Shown: piece after piece, positions 25,485-34,917 of the stretch
Numbering within the stretch: position 1 is the stretch's first letter
How the letters are laid out: the number at the start of each line of letters is the position of its first letter
Source: a virus
Strand: one strand, 5' to 3'
IMG/VR virus record: IMGVR_UViG_3300046532_001046
Coordinates: 36,419 to 100,418 of that record
DNA: 64,000 nt
Program-made: the position numbers and the translations under genes
The notes under the pieces: model-generated
The model's database searches: none
The model's input: the letters and a program-made list of their open reading frames with translations, nothing else
What the model was told of the DNA's origin: nothing

Positions 25485-25888
25485 AGTTTGAAAGCCCACG
25501 TCTCACGCTCTACATAGAAAGCCTCAATCTCTGATCTGATAGCAGGATCATCCCACGCTAAGGCGAGGACCTTGTCCTCACTCAGCCTCTCAATCACTTC
25601 ACTAACAGCATCCCACAGACCAGTTGCCTTGGCCCACTCCGCACATGCCGCTGCGTCAAACGACTTACTGACTCGGCGCTCGCGCTTGAGTTTGTGCTCC
25701 CCCACCTCAAACCAGCGGTGCCCATTCTCCCCTTCGTACCCACGTTCGTCCACTAGTTCTATCAGTTTGACCTTTAGTCCGTCGGCTCGCTTCTTTGATG
25801 TATCCGCCATATCCTTGGCAGCCTTGTACTCCTGCACGAGCCTCAGATTGAAGACAGCGTCGTCATAATCGTCATAATCGTCCATCAC
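25481..25888 (-). CDS. Hypothetical phage protein
   Basis: GGAGG RBS, coupled to neighbours. Confidence 0.75.
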   Translation of the reverse strand: MMDDYDDYDDAVFNLRLVQEYKAAKDMADTSKKRADGLKVKLIELVDERGYEGENGHRWFEVGEHKLKRERRVSKSFDAAACAEWAKATGLWDAVSEVIERLSEDKVLALAWDDPAIRSEIEAFYVERETWAFKL

Positions 25889-27423
25889 ACCTCCGATGAT
25901 GATAGGAAGTCGGACAACGAGCCCAGTGTTATCTCGTACCGACCTTGGGAATCATAGCCCTTGTCAATGAAGGCCCTGTTAATCAGGCGCTTCTCTTGTA
26001 GCATCTCGTACTGTCGCTCCTCAATGCTCCCACGCATGACAAACGAGGTCACAGTGACGTGCGGAAACTCTGAGGACAACCTGATGATACGTGACTCACG
26101 TTGATCCAACTTCCCTGCCGACCACGGTAGGTCGTAACTTATCAGATGGTTAGCCATCGGGAGGTCAACTCCGTAGCCCCCCGCATCCGACGACAGGAAC
26201 AAGCGGGTGTCGGGGTCGTTGGCGAACTTCTGCTTGGCAGCATCCTTCTCTTGCGAAGACATACCCCCCATGAACACGACACTCCCAACCTTTCCGTGAA
26301 AGGCCAGTCGCAGAAGTTCAAGGTTCATCCTAAAGAACGAGAAGAGCACGACCTTGTTGTTGGCATCTTCGTCCAGAATGTTGGTCACGTACTCAACAAC
26401 AGCATCCAACTTAGGTGAACGGGTAGCAGCCTTAACCCAACCCGCCTTGACTATTGCACTGGCATAAGCACTACCCTTACCTGAGGATTCGTCATACTGT
26501 CTGGCCGAAGTACGAACCAACTCCGGGTTGTCGCAGAGCATCCTAAGGACGGTGAGGCGGGCCATGATTTCCCCTTGGGCCTCCCCTCCAGCAGAGTTGT
26601 AATGCCTCCAAAGATCGAAACCTCTACCTGACTTACCTATGGCCTCGTGTATCTTCTTGAGCAGATCATTGGCAATGTTCTTGTATGCCTTAGCCCCGGA
26701 GACATCAAAGGGGACCGGCACTACTGTGCTGATGACCTCAGGCAACTGGTCCTGAATGTCCTCACGGGTCTTGCGAATCATTATGTCGGACAGGCTGTCG
26801 TGGAGAGTGTTCAGGTTCCTGTACTTCACCGCTTTCCCCCATGAGTCCCTGACGATGAAGGTCCGATCAAACAGAGCGAAGCCTCCAAGGACTGACGGGT
26901 CAACGAACTCCATGATGGAGAACAGTTCCTCGGGTCGGTTCTCAATGGGCTGGCCGGTGAGGGCGTAGCGATATGGCACTGTCTTGCCCAGCCGCTTGAG
27001 GAAGCGTGAGCGCTTCGCAGACGGGGATTTGATCATCGTGGCCTCGTCTATGACCATAGCGTCAATACGAATACGGTCAAGGTAATACAGGTCTCGTTGC
27101 AGCATCTCCACGTTCACGATCACGTACTTGCATGAGATGGCTGCACGCCACAGAGTCTCACGGGCCTTGGGGGCTCCGTCTATGACGATGGCACGGGAGG
27201 TGGAGAAGCGGTTGATTTCAGACAACCACTGGTACTTCAACGATGATGGTACAACTATCAACGCCCTAGAGATGTCGTCCCGCTCAAACATGGTCTCTAA
27301 GGTGGCTATGGTGGTAGGAGTCTTACCGGCTCCCATGACCATGCAGAGCATCATCTGCCCACGATCACACATGGTCTCGTAGGCTTCTTCTTGGAAGGGG
27401 TACAGGGTACCTGTGAAGGGCAT
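25885..27423 (-). CDS. SNF2-family helicase
   Basis: MGAGKT, DEAT, ALTGQPIEN.PEEL, AGGYGVDL, QRESRIIR. Confidence 0.9.
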   Translation of the reverse strand: MPFTGTLYPFQEEAYETMCDRGQMMLCMVMGAGKTPTTIATLETMFERDDISRALIVVPSSLKYQWLSEINRFSTSRAIVIDGAPKARETLWRAAISCKYVIVNVEMLQRDLYYLDRIRIDAMVIDEATMIKSPSAKRSRFLKRLGKTVPYRYALTGQPIENRPEELFSIMEFVDPSVLGGFALFDRTFIVRDSWGKAVKYRNLNTLHDSLSDIMIRKTREDIQDQLPEVISTVVPVPFDVSGAKAYKNIANDLLKKIHEAIGKSGRGFDLWRHYNSAGGEAQGEIMARLTVLRMLCDNPELVRTSARQYDESSGKGSAYASAIVKAGWVKAATRSPKLDAVVEYVTNILDEDANNKVVLFSFFRMNLELLRLAFHGKVGSVVFMGGMSSQEKDAAKQKFANDPDTRLFLSSDAGGYGVDLPMANHLISYDLPWSAGKLDQRESRIIRLSSEFPHVTVTSFVMRGSIEERQYEMLQEKRLINRAFIDKGYDSQGRYEITLGSLSDFLSSSEV

Positions 27424-28343
27424 CACAACCACCAAGGGAGGGCTGACGCACCGGTCAGTGCCTCTTCTAGTTCATCATTCGTCATGTCGCCAATATCTTT
27501 TGCGTTCGTATGTTCATAGCGCAGGAAGTTGATGCCACCCCGTGGCCTCGGGCAATCCCGAGCAACCCTCTCGGCAGCACAGATCCCTGCTTCGTCGTTA
27601 TCAAGCGCTATCACTATTGTATCAGCCCAGCGTGACAACAGATTGAGTTGGCAGGTGCTCACATGGGCACCAAACGTACCCAGTCCGTGGGTCAGTGTGC
27701 CGGAACGTAGGGACGCCAGCCGTACTACATCTAGGGGAGACTCCACCAGAACTGCTACCTGTGCCTTGAACCTCTCAATGCCAAATAGGGTGCGTGACTT
27801 AGGCACACCTGTAGGAACATTACGAAAGTAGTTCTTGCCCTTGGCTTGCCACCCCCAGAGGTCCCCAGATGGAGAGATGATGGGGACGATCCAATGACGA
27901 GGTTGTGGGTCCCACCGAATACCGAACCTCTGGGCAACCTCAGGATCTATGCGACGGTACTCCAGTAACTGCTCAGGTACCGACACGAACTTGCGAAAGG
28001 CTGAGAGGTCCACAGATGGCAGGGTCTCCACTGGTTTGGATGTCCCAGTCTTTAAGCGCTCCAACCCACTACTGATTATGTATTCGTTGACTAGCATAGC
28101 CTCGTCACTGCTGCCCGTGAGTTGTAGCACCAGTTGAGGTAGGTTGCCCTTGGCTCCGCACGAGTAACAGATCCATAACCCTGAATGCAGGTTCATGGAC
28201 CAAGAGGGGCTGCGATCTTCCTTGCCTACAGTCAGATGATGTACGGGACAGCGTCCACCCACCTCGGTGTCCCCTACTGTTGTTATGGTAACCCCCAGTC
28301 GCTCCAGTACAGCGACTAGTTGTTCACCAGTCGCTGTATCCAT
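27423..28343 (-). CDS. dnaG: DNA primase (Zn-binding domain plus TOPRIM)
   Basis: CPVH...WICYSCG, LVES..D, ALDNDEAG, KDIGD. Confidence 0.9.
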   Translation of the reverse strand: MDTATGEQLVAVLERLGVTITTVGDTEVGGRCPVHHLTVGKEDRSPSWSMNLHSGLWICYSCGAKGNLPQLVLQLTGSSDEAMLVNEYIISSGLERLKTGTSKPVETLPSVDLSAFRKFVSVPEQLLEYRRIDPEVAQRFGIRWDPQPRHWIVPIISPSGDLWGWQAKGKNYFRNVPTGVPKSRTLFGIERFKAQVAVLVESPLDVVRLASLRSGTLTHGLGTFGAHVSTCQLNLLSRWADTIVIALDNDEAGICAAERVARDCPRPRGGINFLRYEHTNAKDIGDMTNDELEEALTGASALPWWL

Positions 28344-29604
28344 CTGCCTGCTCCGAGTCGTCGTTATCGTTATCATCATCTGCGTCTGTCACTTCTGTGA
28401 AGTCCATGTTGTCCCAGTCCCACTTGATGGTGACCTCCCCATGTGGAGAGGTACGGGAGAGTAGGACTCTCACAATGGACCGGTCCTCGTAGTCGGGGTC
28501 TCTCTCCACGGACATGACCGTATCTGAGTCCTGCACAAACGAGGACGAGTACCCAATGGCGTCGGCTGTCACCCGTCGTGAGGTGCGACTGCTCAACTTG
28601 GATGACAATACCTGTGTTGTTACAACAATGGGTATCTTAAACTGCTGTGCCACTCTCTTGAGAGAGCGGGTGATGTTGGTCAATGCTTGTGGGCTGCCCT
28701 TAGTCTCCCCGTTCTCATCATCCATCATGTAGACACCATCCACGAACACTATGCCGGGGTTGTGCTGCTTGATCTTGGCAGCAAGACTGGAGACTGTTGT
28801 CGCTGACGCTATGTCCTCAACCAGTATGAACGGACTACTATTCTTGCGAGTCCTGAGAGCCCGGTCCAGCCTAGATACCTCAGCGGTGGTAGACATACCA
28901 CGAAGCAACCCGGTGTGGGAAACCTTTGCCACGTAGGCGTCGTACCTCGCAGACTGCTCCTCCACACTCATCTCAAAGGAAACCAGCAGAGGTAGCACCC
29001 CTTCAGAGTTTGCCCTCTCGGCCATGACCATAAGCAGCATGGACTTTCCCCGTTTGGCCTCACCAACAAAGGTGATCAACTGCTGTGGTCGTATCCCTGA
29101 TGTGAGCCTATCTAGTCCGGGGAACCCAGTGGAGATACCGATCAGACCATCAGGCCGGTCCCGCATCTCTGCGTACTTAGCCAGACGCTCCTCCCACTGG
29201 TCAATGATGTTCACATCTCTGGAGTACGTCGTGTCCCCTGAAACCTCTTGGAGGCCGGAGTTCAGCAGGGAAAGGGCATCAGAGACCTTGCCATCCGTCA
29301 AGAGGGGCAAGGCTAGGGTGAGGGTCTCCGTGATGGCCTCCCGACGGTAGCCATCAATAACCTCCTTCACCAAGCGGCTCAGGGACTCGTCACTAGCGTC
29401 CCCCATCGTGACCGACGGGTATTCTGTTAGCAGAGCCCTCTCGGTGGGTATCTCGTTGTGGGTGTGCCAGAACTCCAGCAACCAACTCCAAATGGGTGCG
29501 TAAGATCGGGAGAAATGCTTGGACTTGACGCCCAAGTCAATGACATCCACCAAACTCCCGTCTGACAGAACCTTACTGATCAGGAGTTGCTCTGCACTTG
29601 CCAC
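28324..29604 (-). CDS. dnaB: Replicative DnaB-like helicase
   Basis: TGFPGLD..TSG, GEAKRGKS, SFEMS, VFVDG, QDSD.V. GTG 29604 overlaps the upstream stop. Confidence 0.9.
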   Translation of the reverse strand: MASAEQLLISKVLSDGSLVDVIDLGVKSKHFSRSYAPIWSWLLEFWHTHNEIPTERALLTEYPSVTMGDASDESLSRLVKEVIDGYRREAITETLTLALPLLTDGKVSDALSLLNSGLQEVSGDTTYSRDVNIIDQWEERLAKYAEMRDRPDGLIGISTGFPGLDRLTSGIRPQQLITFVGEAKRGKSMLLMVMAERANSEGVLPLLVSFEMSVEEQSARYDAYVAKVSHTGLLRGMSTTAEVSRLDRALRTRKNSSPFILVEDIASATTVSSLAAKIKQHNPGIVFVDGVYMMDDENGETKGSPQALTNITRSLKRVAQQFKIPIVVTTQVLSSKLSSRTSRRVTADAIGYSSSFVQDSDTVMSVERDPDYEDRSIVRVLLSRTSPHGEVTIKWDWDNMDFTEVTDADDDNDNDDSEQADGYSDW

Positions 29605-30056
29605 TACAGGACCCACTCATTGTGGGGTGAGGCGACCCTCGCCCTGAGGCCCAGCAACTGTGCCTGCGCCTCGGTGGCGACATGGATCTTCATGGAGGGA
29701 CTGTGGTACTTCATCTCTGCCTGAAGATCATAGATATTCTCAAACTGGTAGACCGGAACTGACACACCCTTGCGGGCCAACCAGCGTTCGATTGCGTCTT
29801 CCACCCCGTAGGTCAAGCATGTGTATACCTCTACCCCTACACCACGACGGTTGACACTGTCCACCAGTGACTTGATTGGCAGTTCGTAGGGTGACCACAT
29901 ACCAATGTACCTGTGCCACTCGTGCTGCCTGACGGCCTTGGACGCCCTCAACTTCTGGATGTTCTTGGAGGGGGGTCCAGCCAGCACTCCCTCAAACAGG
30001 CACGCCTGCTTGATCGGAGCGTCGGACTGTATGTCGTTACGTTCCACTGGCAGCAC
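29604..30056 (-). CDS. Hypothetical protein (degenerate HAD-like)
   Basis: CLFEGVL resembles HAD motif I without the catalytic Asp. Confidence 0.5.
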   Translation of the reverse strand: MLPVERNDIQSDAPIKQACLFEGVLAGPPSKNIQKLRASKAVRQHEWHRYIGMWSPYELPIKSLVDSVNRRGVGVEVYTCLTYGVEDAIERWLARKGVSVPVYQFENIYDLQAEMKYHSPSMKIHVATEAQAQLLGLRARVASPHNEWVL

Positions 30057-30675
30057 TTCTATAATCTTCGGTGTGCAGGGTCACGGGAATGCACGCCGCC
30101 CGCACTTCTGAATGGAACTTGAGGGTCACATGCTGCTTGAGGTTTTCAATGGTGTCGTGGCACACCACGATGGTGACTAACTTACGACTGGTTCTGCTAG
30201 TGAACAGGTCAGAGATTTCACGCTTTGCAAAGCCCGTCTGGCGAATAGTGTCCACATCATCCAGTACCACTACATCGTACACGGAACGTAGATAGGGGAT
30301 CAAGTTACCCTCTTCGTACCCATCTGGCAGTACACCATCGTTCTTTCGCTCGTCATCCATTGCCCGCACGTAATCGTTGGCAGTGATGTACCTACCAGTC
30401 TGTCGGTACGCCCTGATAGCAACCCGGAGGGCAGCGACCGCCAGATGAGACTTGCCAGAACCGTGCTTACCTGAGAACAGTAGCCCCGTCCCTGATTCCC
30501 TGTGCTTGTCGAAGTCCTCCAACCACGAAACCACCCCTGAAGTATCACCAGAGTAGTTGTGGACACGAGCGTGCTCCATGCTGGAAGGAATCCCAGCCAG
30601 ACGAGTCCTCTCGTCTTTCGGCTGGTTCCTCCAGTACTTGGGACCGTGCCACTCAGTCACGGGCGCTCGCTCCAA
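30037..30675 (-). CDS. DnaC/IstB-like AAA+ helicase loader
   Basis: GLLFSGKHGSGKSHLA, VVVLDDV, EDYR. Confidence 0.85.
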   Translation of the reverse strand: MERAPVTEWHGPKYWRNQPKDERTRLAGIPSSMEHARVHNYSGDTSGVVSWLEDFDKHRESGTGLLFSGKHGSGKSHLAVAALRVAIRAYRQTGRYITANDYVRAMDDERKNDGVLPDGYEEGNLIPYLRSVYDVVVLDDVDTIRQTGFAKREISDLFTSRTSRKLVTIVVCHDTIENLKQHVTLKFHSEVRAACIPVTLHTEDYRSAASGT

Positions 30676-30893
30676 ACGTCACGCCATTTCGATGGTGGGT
30701 GGTTCTCCTCAACGGCTGCCCTGTGTCCGGGGCCGGTGTACGGACGGATCACAGGGATGCACGGGTCGTACTCATCCCATTCGAGATCCTCCTCCTCAGA
30801 GGTGGGAATCCCGTCGTGTGTGCTACAGACCGGAGGACCACAGAACCCCTGTTCAATCCCGTATGTCAGCCAGTGGTCGAAGTTCATCATCAC
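30657..30893 (-). CDS. Small conserved-type phage protein
   Basis: FDHWL.YG...GFC..PVC.THDG.P...DPCI.VIR. Confidence 0.7.
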   Translation of the reverse strand: MMMNFDHWLTYGIEQGFCGPPVCSTHDGIPTSEEEDLEWDEYDPCIPVIRPYTGPGHRAAVEENHPPSKWRDVWSERP

Positions 30894-31564
30894 TCAGCCG
30901 GAGGCATCACGTCAACGTACACGATGTCCTCTGACCCTTCCTTCACACGCTTGAGAAGGGTCTGGCGGTCAGCCAAGAACATCTGCCAAGGTGGCACGTC
31001 CTCCACGGAACGGTCCCCACGCTCAAGATCCACAGCAAACAACGTCATCATCTTCTTTAGTTGGAACTCTGTCACGCCCTGCTTGTCCAGCATGTCCTTA
31101 AAGTTCTTGCCCAGCGCCTTCGCATTAACCGTGGACTGTATGGACATGGGGATGTGCATCTCCACTTCAGTGGCGAAGAAGCGGATTAACCGTGGAATAC
31201 GACCCTTGACCACTGCTTCTTCCTTAGCCTCCGGGTCTTCCCCCAAGGTTGCGAAGTCATCCCAATCCACCGTATCTCCTCCAAACAGTACTGTGTATGT
31301 GTTGCTTGTTCTAGCACCACTGTCGCGGGTAAGCACCCCTTCCGAAAGCAGTACCTTGATGGCCCTCTGTGCCGTACTAGCCGAACACCCCATCCTCTGT
31401 CCCAGTCGTTCGTACCCTATCCTCACAGTATTCTTCGTGTTGTCCATCAAGCATACCAACTCTACTAACGCTGCCACCGCTGCAAACTGGCCCCGCAGGC
31501 GAGAGCACACCCACGTAGGGTACCTTCCAAAGGTGTTCACCGCCAATCGTCCCATCTGGTACAC
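30890..31564 (-). CDS. HTH replication-initiator-like protein
   Basis: YERLGQRMGCSASTAQRAIKVL..EG.L...SN.Y winged HTH, two genes upstream of the DnaC-like loader. Confidence 0.65.
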   Translation of the reverse strand: MYQMGRLAVNTFGRYPTWVCSRLRGQFAAVAALVELVCLMDNTKNTVRIGYERLGQRMGCSASTAQRAIKVLLSEGVLTRDSGARTSNTYTVLFGGDTVDWDDFATLGEDPEAKEEAVVKGRIPRLIRFFATEVEMHIPMSIQSTVNAKALGKNFKDMLDKQGVTEFQLKKMMTLFAVDLERGDRSVEDVPPWQMFLADRQTLLKRVKEGSEDIVYVDVMPPAE

Positions 31565-31612
31565 TTACAAGTACCACCTCGTTGGTGGTGCTCATGTGTA
31601 ACACGGCTATGC

Positions 31613-31661
31613 AAGGGCCGGAGGCTGGACATAAGATCGTTCCCCACAGCCTTCGGTCCTT
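31613..31661 (+). terminator. 15-bp hairpin that folds best on the plus strand
   Basis: AAGGGCCGGAGGCTG / CAGCCTTCGGTCCTT with two G-U pairs on +. T-rich sequence follows after a few bases. Confidence 0.6.
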
Positions 31662-31668
31662 CGCCTTA

Positions 31669-32457
31669 TTATTCTTTCCACGCCGTGGCCTGTAGTAAGT
31701 CCCACACGTTCAGAATGGGTACCGACGTGGTGAAGGACCTACCCGTGGGTAGAACACACACCAATGTGGCAAACTGAGACTCGTCCGCCTCCTCGTCCTT
31801 CTGTACAAACTGTAAAATCCTAGCCTCAGCATCTTCGTTAGACACATCCTCTGTAACAATGTCCTGCTGAGTATCCTCGGCCAACTCAGCGGCTGGACTA
31901 TCCCCCAAAGAGCGCTCCAACTGCTTGTGTACTCCGTCTGGCATAGACTTTAAGTCCTCACCCGTTAGAGGTGGGATTTCATCTTTCTGGGTGGGGCTAT
32001 CAGCCCCGTGCGCTGGGGGGGTAGTACTCGCATCTGCAACCTGTATGGGGATCATCCCATTGGTCAGGTCCAGCAGTGTGTGTCCTCGGTCGAAGTACTC
32101 ACACACCAACCCCTCGCTGTGCTCCGGGTCTTCCTCCGACCAGAGGATTAACGCCGTGGCGTCGGGAGGTATGGCATCAAAGTGAAGTTCGGGAGAGGAA
32201 CTTCCACTCTCCATAATCTCGTCTGCTGCCTCGGCTATGCCCGGATGTACCGACGCCTTGTCCTTAGCAAGCAGGGTGAAGTCGTAACCCTCGTCTACGA
32301 GGTAGTCATAGACCTTCCTCATACCCTCCGTGGGGCGAGTGTTCTCGCTGCCGATCCATGGCACGAAGAACATGCTTGGGTGGGGCAGGTCTCCCAGACC
32401 AGCCGCCAGAACTTCTGGGGAAACATCCCCCTTACCTGCAATAACATACGTTCCCAC
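31669..32457 (-). CDS. Hypothetical acidic protein
   Basis: GGAAGG RBS, long ORF. Confidence 0.7.
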   Translation of the reverse strand: MGTYVIAGKGDVSPEVLAAGLGDLPHPSMFFVPWIGSENTRPTEGMRKVYDYLVDEGYDFTLLAKDKASVHPGIAEAADEIMESGSSSPELHFDAIPPDATALILWSEEDPEHSEGLVCEYFDRGHTLLDLTNGMIPIQVADASTTPPAHGADSPTQKDEIPPLTGEDLKSMPDGVHKQLERSLGDSPAAELAEDTQQDIVTEDVSNEDAEARILQFVQKDEEADESQFATLVCVLPTGRSFTTSVPILNVWDLLQATAWKE

Positions 32458-32469
32458 TGGCTACCTTCC

Positions 32470-32724
32470 CTACTTGATTGTGCGCCTCATAACCAGATCG
32501 CCGGTCAGAGTGAGCAACCTTAGCACACTGTGTACCCCCGCTGCAAGCGTCGCAATGGCGAGACCCGAGAGGGGGAGTGGATCAGCCCCGGTGAGGAGGG
32601 CTGCGGCGTAGGACAGGGACACTGCCGCAGCAACCTTGACCCAAGGCATGACGGGACGGGGGAGAGCGATCTCAATAAGTTGGACGGCCTTGCAAACCGC
32701 CAGTGCCCCGATGATGTACGCCAT
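32470..32724 (-). CDS. Small membrane protein (holin-like)
   Basis: Two to three hydrophobic segments and a basic C-terminus. Confidence 0.6.
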   Translation of the reverse strand: MAYIIGALAVCKAVQLIEIALPRPVMPWVKVAAAVSLSYAAALLTGADPLPLSGLAIATLAAGVHSVLRLLTLTGDLVMRRTIK

Positions 32725-32736
32725 GTGCTGCTCCGA

Positions 32737-34917
32737 CTATCCGCTGATCGAACTGATTATCCCCTCAGTATACACGTTGGCCGTCCACGAGTGGGGATCG
32801 AACGCACGTTCGTCTCCGGGCTTGGAATCGAAGGTCACCAAGTGCCCGTGCCCAGCGGTGGTGTGGTAGTTGGATGACGTGAGTTCGGTCGAAATGGTCA
32901 ACGGAATGTTGTTGACAATCATCTTGCGAATCGCAGCCTTGTTCTTGTACCTAAACGGGGTGTACAGTGAGACGCTGTTGTTGACGGTGCCTGACCAGTA
33001 ATGATCGCTAACCACACTGCTCCCCGATATGTATGAGTGTCCGTCCAATGTGGAGCCATCAAAGTAAGCCTCATTTGCGAACGGTTGAAAGATCCATTTA
33101 TCCAGCGAAACTGTGGCACCATTCGCCAACGTAATCACGATAACTGGATAGAGTTCTTCCACCCCAGTGTTGATAAATGGATAGGTTGAGGTGTCATCCG
33201 ACGGTAGTTCCGTGGTAGTGGCATACGCAATGGTGGGCACGTTATCCACCAACAACGTGTAGGTAACGCCACCCGTTGTGTTGGTCAGTTTAGTGACAAC
33301 GCTGCTGTCATCTTCGTCGATCAACTGACCAGCGGTATTAACGGTTAGGTTGTTGGCGGTCAGCACATCTGACGACCCGTCGTTCACAGCCAAGTCGAAC
33401 CGGTCGAACCTGCTACCACTGGACGGGTTGAGATCAACCCTAGTTAGTTTCAGACTACAGTCTGATAGTTGTATATTGGTACTAGAATACAGTCTAGCCC
33501 TGAACAGCACACCGTTGGTGCTGCCAGTTATGTATACTGCGTTAGCCTCAGCAGCACCTGAACCTAGGTCGAACCCAGACCGCTCCACAAACGCAGTAGT
33601 GAGGTAGGTGTCACCCGCAGAACTTAACGACAGTGTCTTGTAGTAGTTGCTACCAGATACAGCATCATTGCTGTAGTACTTGGCCTCATCTGGCAGGGAG
33701 CCCGCACTGGTAGGCTTCTCCCTGTAGAGCCTCACCTGTGCTGTGGCGTTGGTCAGGGTGGCTGCTATCCCGGCGAAGTACGGTATGGCCCGCTTGATCT
33801 GAACGGCGTCTCCGGGGAAGATGTAGGCAGTGCCTGCGCCAGAACCATTGGTGCTCAGGGTCACCCCATTGGTGCCAGCCCCTGTACCAGCAACCGTAAT
33901 ACTTCCAGCAGATGCGCTGGTCAGGTGGTTCCACGTTGCGGAGGCCCCCGGAGCCCCATTGAACCTTGGGTCCTTGATCAGATTCAACCTACGAGCGGCA
34001 GTGACAAACTTAATACGATCATACGGAGCCGCCGTGGAAGCCCCTGTGGTCTTGAACTGTCGGTAACTAACGTCTGAGTCAGTAATGATGCTGAGTAGCC
34101 TCAAGAGGGTGTCAGCCCTGCCTCGTTGACTGTTATACGTCTGAGAATCAGTTAACAGAGCCCTAATCTGATGGGGCCGCAACTCTTGGGTAGTGAAGAG
34201 GCTCCCGAAGGTGGACCCTAGCCTGTCAAGAGAGTCATAATGCACCCGCTGGGCATCCTTGAGGTGCATTATCTCCTCAATCAGCGTTCTATTCTGATCA
34301 GCCTCCCACCCAAACACGGCTAGAAACTTCTCCAAGTGACCAGTGGTGTCCAACGAACGATAGTACGAGGGTACACGGTTCATCATGCTCGCAGAAAGAT
34401 TGTGGTACGTGGGGATCAGAACGGAGACAACAGCCACTCGTTCTCTGTACACATTGCTTGAAGAGTCCATGTTCTCAGTAAACAAACTAAGGTACAGCCA
34501 GTTACTAAGTTGTCCTATCGTGGTCAAGCCCCCCAAAGTACTAGGGTCGTCTGGCTTACGAGCCAGTGTTTGTGTGTCACCACCACTGTCGGCCACCCAG
34601 TTAACGTCAGTGGTGTCTCCATCGTTCCAGAACTCTGGGTACCCTGTCCACGAGTACATGACTCGTACCTCACGAATGCTTACTGCCCCTGACGCCGGGA
34701 CAGACACCGTGGGCAGGGACTTGATCCTCCACCCGACAGTCACCTCCCACTTTGCTGTCTCCGAGTTGTAACCCGTGACCAGAGCGCTCAATCTGGAAGT
34801 GGAGTCCAGAGACTGTGCTACGTCTCCGGGTACATTACGAAGTGCCCCCTCACCACTGGTTGCCCGTAGGCCGGGATCACCAGCGGGATCTCTAAGGCGT
34901 AGGGATTCGTCAGCCAT
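32737..34917 (-). CDS. Baseplate/tail protein (gpI-like domain plus beta-rich region)
   Basis: Follows baseplate J. RVPSYYR...LEKFL.VFGWE.D...L..LG...Y.QRG segment. Confidence 0.7.
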   Translation of the reverse strand: MADESLRLRDPAGDPGLRATSGEGALRNVPGDVAQSLDSTSRLSALVTGYNSETAKWEVTVGWRIKSLPTVSVPASGAVSIREVRVMYSWTGYPEFWNDGDTTDVNWVADSGGDTQTLARKPDDPSTLGGLTTIGQLSNWLYLSLFTENMDSSSNVYRERVAVVSVLIPTYHNLSASMMNRVPSYYRSLDTTGHLEKFLAVFGWEADQNRTLIEEIMHLKDAQRVHYDSLDRLGSTFGSLFTTQELRPHQIRALLTDSQTYNSQRGRADTLLRLLSIITDSDVSYRQFKTTGASTAAPYDRIKFVTAARRLNLIKDPRFNGAPGASATWNHLTSASAGSITVAGTGAGTNGVTLSTNGSGAGTAYIFPGDAVQIKRAIPYFAGIAATLTNATAQVRLYREKPTSAGSLPDEAKYYSNDAVSGSNYYKTLSLSSAGDTYLTTAFVERSGFDLGSGAAEANAVYITGSTNGVLFRARLYSSTNIQLSDCSLKLTRVDLNPSSGSRFDRFDLAVNDGSSDVLTANNLTVNTAGQLIDEDDSSVVTKLTNTTGGVTYTLLVDNVPTIAYATTTELPSDDTSTYPFINTGVEELYPVIVITLANGATVSLDKWIFQPFANEAYFDGSTLDGHSYISGSSVVSDHYWSGTVNNSVSLYTPFRYKNKAAIRKMIVNNIPLTISTELTSSNYHTTAGHGHLVTFDSKPGDERAFDPHSWTANVYTEGIISSISG

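Noticed and set aside
30699-31601. 300-aa plus-strand ORF
   Set aside because: Mirror of the minus-strand HTH gene with shadow-type composition and no RBS.
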